Positions 61,035 to 64,000 of a stretch of 64,000 nt of DNA are shown here, piece by piece. Numbering within the stretch: the first letter of the stretch is position 1; each line of letters starts with the position of its first letter. The notes beneath the pieces are model-generated. The model searched no databases. It saw nothing but the letters and a program-made list of their open reading frames with translations, and was not told the DNA's origin. Location of the stretch: assembly GCA_934168245.1 (NCBI GenBank), contig CAKPMY010000001.1, positions 68,761-132,760 on the forward strand, given 5' to 3'. Source of the DNA: an uncultured Bacilli bacterium. GTDB taxonomy: Bacteria; Bacillota_I; Bacilli_A; RF39; UBA660. The translations under genes and the position numbers were made by a program.

Positions 61035-62215
61035 CCTCTACTAATCATTATAATCGTAATAAGTACTCCTAATGTAATAAGTACAGATCCTACTAACATC
61101 AATATAGATGCTCTTCCATAGGCATTAATTATCTTATCACTATTATAATTATTTTGTCTATTTTTTACCTCTTCCTGTTCTCTTCTTTTTCTATTAATAA
61201 TAGCCTTATAATTACTAATATTAATAACTCTAATATCACTAGCACTAATCATACTTCTAATCTCTATCTTATTATTAATACAATTAAATATTTTTCCTAA
61301 GGAACTACCCAAGTCACAACTAGTACTATCTTTAATTATTTTATCTATATCATCTAAATAATTAATCCCAAAAACACTTCTCTTAACGGCCATAATACTA
61401 ACAGTAGAAGTATCTGTCTTTAACTTCTTCCACTCATCTGAACAAGTCTTAATAATATCTTTCTTATATGCCTCTCCTACTCCTAATCTCCTCATAAGTA
61501 AATTAAGATTACTAAAGCATCCAAAATAATCATTCTTAAAATAAGCTGTTCTCAAATAATTCTTACTATTAATCTTACTATCTCCTAATATTTTATAAAA
61601 ATACATTGGAGCAGCATAAGCATAAAAACATCCTAATACAAAACTATCTGTAAAATAAACACAATTCTCATTAAAATTCTTATTAATTATACTTTCCCCA
61701 TCTTTTACAAGTATCTTATCCATTTGTATAAACTTCTCATAAGAATTATGATATTGTTCTGGTATCATTCCTTTTCTTATAATCTGTTCTTTATAAGCGG
61801 TAGGAAATCCATGAAATACATAGCCATTAACTATATACTTATCATAAACATATTTAATAATGTACTCTTTCGCTAAATCATCTTCTCTATTTTCAAGTCC
61901 TAATTTTATTGCACAAATCTTCCCAAGTACTTTATTTATTCCTTCATTTATATCTACAACATCACCTAATTTTTTAAGTAATTTTCTAACCTGCATAATA
62001 TAATCATCTAAGTAAAACTCATCTTCTACTATAACTTGATACTTATATAATGCATCATAAAATATAAAAAGACTACAAGTAGAATCATAAAACTTCTCAT
62101 AATTATCATAAAATGTACTTTTCTTATTTACATAACTATTACTAGTAATAATCTCATCTACAAACTCTACTACGTCTCTTCTTTTAAAGATTCGCTCTAA
62201 CACACGCCTCACCAA
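61031..62215 (-). CDS. Hypothetical protein with C-terminal TM anchor, 394 aa (occupies the position where def is expected; no deformylase motifs)
   Basis: Long ORF overlapping the fmt start by 4 nt. No HExxH or EGCLS deformylase motifs. Y/F/K-rich. Confidence 0.4.
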   Translation of the reverse strand: MVRRVLERIFKRRDVVEFVDEIITSNSYVNKKSTFYDNYEKFYDSTCSLFIFYDALYKYQVIVEDEFYLDDYIMQVRKLLKKLGDVVDINEGINKVLGKICAIKLGLENREDDLAKEYIIKYVYDKYIVNGYVFHGFPTAYKEQIIRKGMIPEQYHNSYEKFIQMDKILVKDGESIINKNFNENCVYFTDSFVLGCFYAYAAPMYFYKILGDSKINSKNYLRTAYFKNDYFGCFSNLNLLMRRLGVGEAYKKDIIKTCSDEWKKLKTDTSTVSIMAVKRSVFGINYLDDIDKIIKDSTSCDLGSSLGKIFNCINNKIEIRSMISASDIRVINISNYKAIINRKRREQEEVKNRQNNYNSDKIINAYGRASILMLVGSVLITLGVLITIIMISRG

Positions 62216-62232
62216 CCTAAAACAAGTCTATA

Positions 62233-62493
62233 TTAATTATTTGTAAACCACAAAATAGCATAATATAAACTTCCAAGTATTATAAAAGCCAGTAAACATA
62301 AAAGTACTATTCTAACAAATATATTATTTCTATCCATATATGCATCATAATTCTTTGCTGCATTATCCATAACTCTATCAAACTCTTCTGAATTCTTTTT
62401 ATTTGTCTCTAACTTTTTAAAACTATCATCTTGATATGAATTATCTGTATTCTCAGCCTGTTCTACTATCTTACTAAAAAAACTATTTCCCAT
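62233..62493 (-). CDS. Small hypothetical membrane protein, 86 aa
   Basis: Short ORF with a single C-terminal TM helix (IFVRIVLLCLLAFIILGSLYYAILWF). Confidence 0.3.
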   Translation of the reverse strand: MGNSFFSKIVEQAENTDNSYQDDSFKKLETNKKNSEEFDRVMDNAAKNYDAYMDRNNIFVRIVLLCLLAFIILGSLYYAILWFTNN

Positions 62494-62533
62494 ACAAACA
62501 ACTCCTATTCTACTAATAGAATATCACAAATTA

Positions 62534-64000
62534 TTAAAAATGACTAGGATTAAAATTAACATCTATCTTTATATTTCTATTATCTTTATAATGATCTATT
62601 ACTTTATTAAGTACTTCTCTTAAATCCTCATCTTTTTTATATTTAAGTATAATTCCATATCTATATATATTATTAAGTTTAAATATCGTACAAGGTGAAG
62701 GACCAAGTATTATCATATTAATTAATTTATTATGAAATAGTTTTGTAATCTTAAGTGACTCTTCATATATATATTTATTATCTTTCCCAGATATTTTTAC
62801 ATAACAAATATAGTAATATGGTGGATATTTCAATTCTCTTCTAATACTCATTTCTTTATTGTAAAATCCTAAGTAATCATGTCTTTTTGTATATTGTATT
62901 GCATAATGTTCTGGATTAAATGTCTGTATTACTACTTCTCCTTCTTTATCACTTCTACCCGCTCTCCCTGCTACTTGTGCTAGTAATGAAAAGGTTGTCT
63001 CACTACTTCTAAAATCTGGTATATTCAAACTAGTATCGGCATTTATTACCCCGACTAATGTCACATTATCGAAGTCAAGCCCTTTACTAACTATCTGTGT
63101 TCCAAGTAATATATCATACTCATGATTTTTAAAGGCTTTAATCATCTTCTCATGCATACCCTTACGACTAGCAGTATCAAAGTCCATTCTTAAAATCCGA
63201 CTCTCTGGAAATAACTTATTTAACTCTTCTTCTACTTTTTCTGTTCCGACTCCCAAATCATTAATAGACTTTTCATGACATTCTGGACAGGTATCATAAA
63301 CTTTCGTCCCATATCCACAGTAATGACATCTAAGTGTTCTACTACTTTTATGATAAGTAAGTGTAATATCACAATTAGGACACTTAAATGTATACCCACA
63401 ATTCTTACAAGTAACAAATGATGAATATCCTCGTCTATTAAGTAATAATATAATCTGTTCATTTTTTAAAAGTCGCTTACTAATTGCCTCCAATAGTACT
63501 GGTGAAAAATGTCCCTTAGTCTTAGAAATCATCTCATTCATATCAATTATATTTATATGCGGTAAACTCTTACCATTAATACGATTAGGTAATTCCAGTA
63601 ATTTAAACACACCTTTCTTAGCTCTCGCAAATACTTCTAAAGACGGAGTAGCACTTCCCATTATAACTGGACAATTATGATATTTACCTCTAAGTAAAGC
63701 AATATCTTTCGCATTATATCTAGGATTAGAATCATCTTGTTTATAAGAATCACTATGCTCCTCATCTATAATAATCATTCCAATATTATTTAAAGGTGCA
63801 AATATAGCACTTCTAGCCCCAATAACTATCTTAGCCTCTCCCTTAACAATTCTTCTCCACTCATCATACTTTTCTCCATCAGATAAAGCCGAATGAATTG
63901 CTGCTATATTATCTCCAAATCTCTTCTGAAACCTTAAAACCATCTGTGGAGTTAAACTAATCTCAGGTACCAACACTATACTAGTTTTGCCTTTATTTAA
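62534..64000 (-). CDS. priA: Primosomal protein N' (PriA), C-terminal ~490 aa; gene continues beyond the window end
   Basis: ...LVPEISLTPQMVLRFQKRFG...IIDEEHSDSYKQDD (helicase motif II DEEH), Cys-rich zinc-binding insert (CKNCGYTFKCPNCD...CHYCG) and helicase C-terminal motifs. No start codon in the window. Confidence 0.8.
   Translation of the reverse strand, partial: LNKGKTSIVLVPEISLTPQMVLRFQKRFGDNIAAIHSALSDGEKYDEWRRIVKGEAKIVIGARSAIFAPLNNIGMIIIDEEHSDSYKQDDSNPRYNAKDIALLRGKYHNCPVIMGSATPSLEVFARAKKGVFKLLELPNRINGKSLPHINIIDMNEMISKTKGHFSPVLLEAISKRLLKNEQIILLLNRRGYSSFVTCKNCGYTFKCPNCDITLTYHKSSRTLRCHYCGYGTKVYDTCPECHEKSINDLGVGTEKVEEELNKLFPESRILRMDFDTASRKGMHEKMIKAFKNHEYDILLGTQIVSKGLDFDNVTLVGVINADTSLNIPDFRSSETTFSLLAQVAGRAGRSDKEGEVVIQTFNPEHYAIQYTKRHDYLGFYNKEMSIRRELKYPPYYYICYVKISGKDNKYIYEESLKITKLFHNKLINMIILGPSPCTIFKLNNIYRYGIILKYKKDEDLREVLNKVIDHYKDNRNIKIDVNFNPSHF

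Overview
The window is AT-rich (roughly 27-28% GC by eye) and looks like a low-GC, spore-forming Firmicute (Clostridia-like) chromosome. About 60 protein genes are almost all on the minus strand. Only three convincing genes are on the plus strand: the RNHCP gene, a 133-aa hypothetical, and the crp/fnr-family gene.

In decreasing coordinate (transcription) order the window contains:
- priA (partial), fmt, rlmN, stp, prkC, rsgA and rpe, a ylo-like housekeeping cluster that lacks def and rsmB and carries inserted hypothetical genes.
- A hybrid histidine kinase, an AMP-binding ligase, tex, an M48 peptidase and an orphan type IV pilin-like gene.
- A crp/fnr-family regulator placed divergently from two tandem, divergent anaerobic RNR modules (nrdD2-x-nrdG2-dut and nrdD1-nrdG1).
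- A roughly 13 kb sortase-pilus island: a vWA giant protein, an LPNTG protein with Listeria-Bacteroides (Flg_new) repeats, a small CnaB-like protein, three tandem LPFTG pilin paralogues, srtC and srtB.
- A sporulation block: a spoIIAA-like gene, sigF and spoVAC/AD/AEB. It has no spoIIAB, and Spo0A-box repeats lie upstream.
- A membrane C11 (clostripain-like) peptidase with a zinc ribbon and a poly-Asn tract encoded by an (ATT)n microsatellite.
- scpA/scpB, a stand-alone DnaB C-domain ATPase, tRNA-Leu(CAA) and a frameshifted phage KilA-N gene, which may be an island remnant.
- Phosphatase-like genes and hypotheticals.
- At the low-coordinate end, an apparently single operon: two TasA/camelysin-like proteins with SipW-cognate-type signal peptides, four unknown acidic helical proteins, a SipW-type signal peptidase with an unusual ~250-aa C-terminal extension, and a translationally coupled large secreted beta-helix-like protein.

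The best candidate for an undescribed system is this TasA/SipW-like fibre or secretion operon with its unknown accessory proteins. The three-paralogue pilus island is the second candidate. No CRISPR array, rRNA or obvious transposase was seen.
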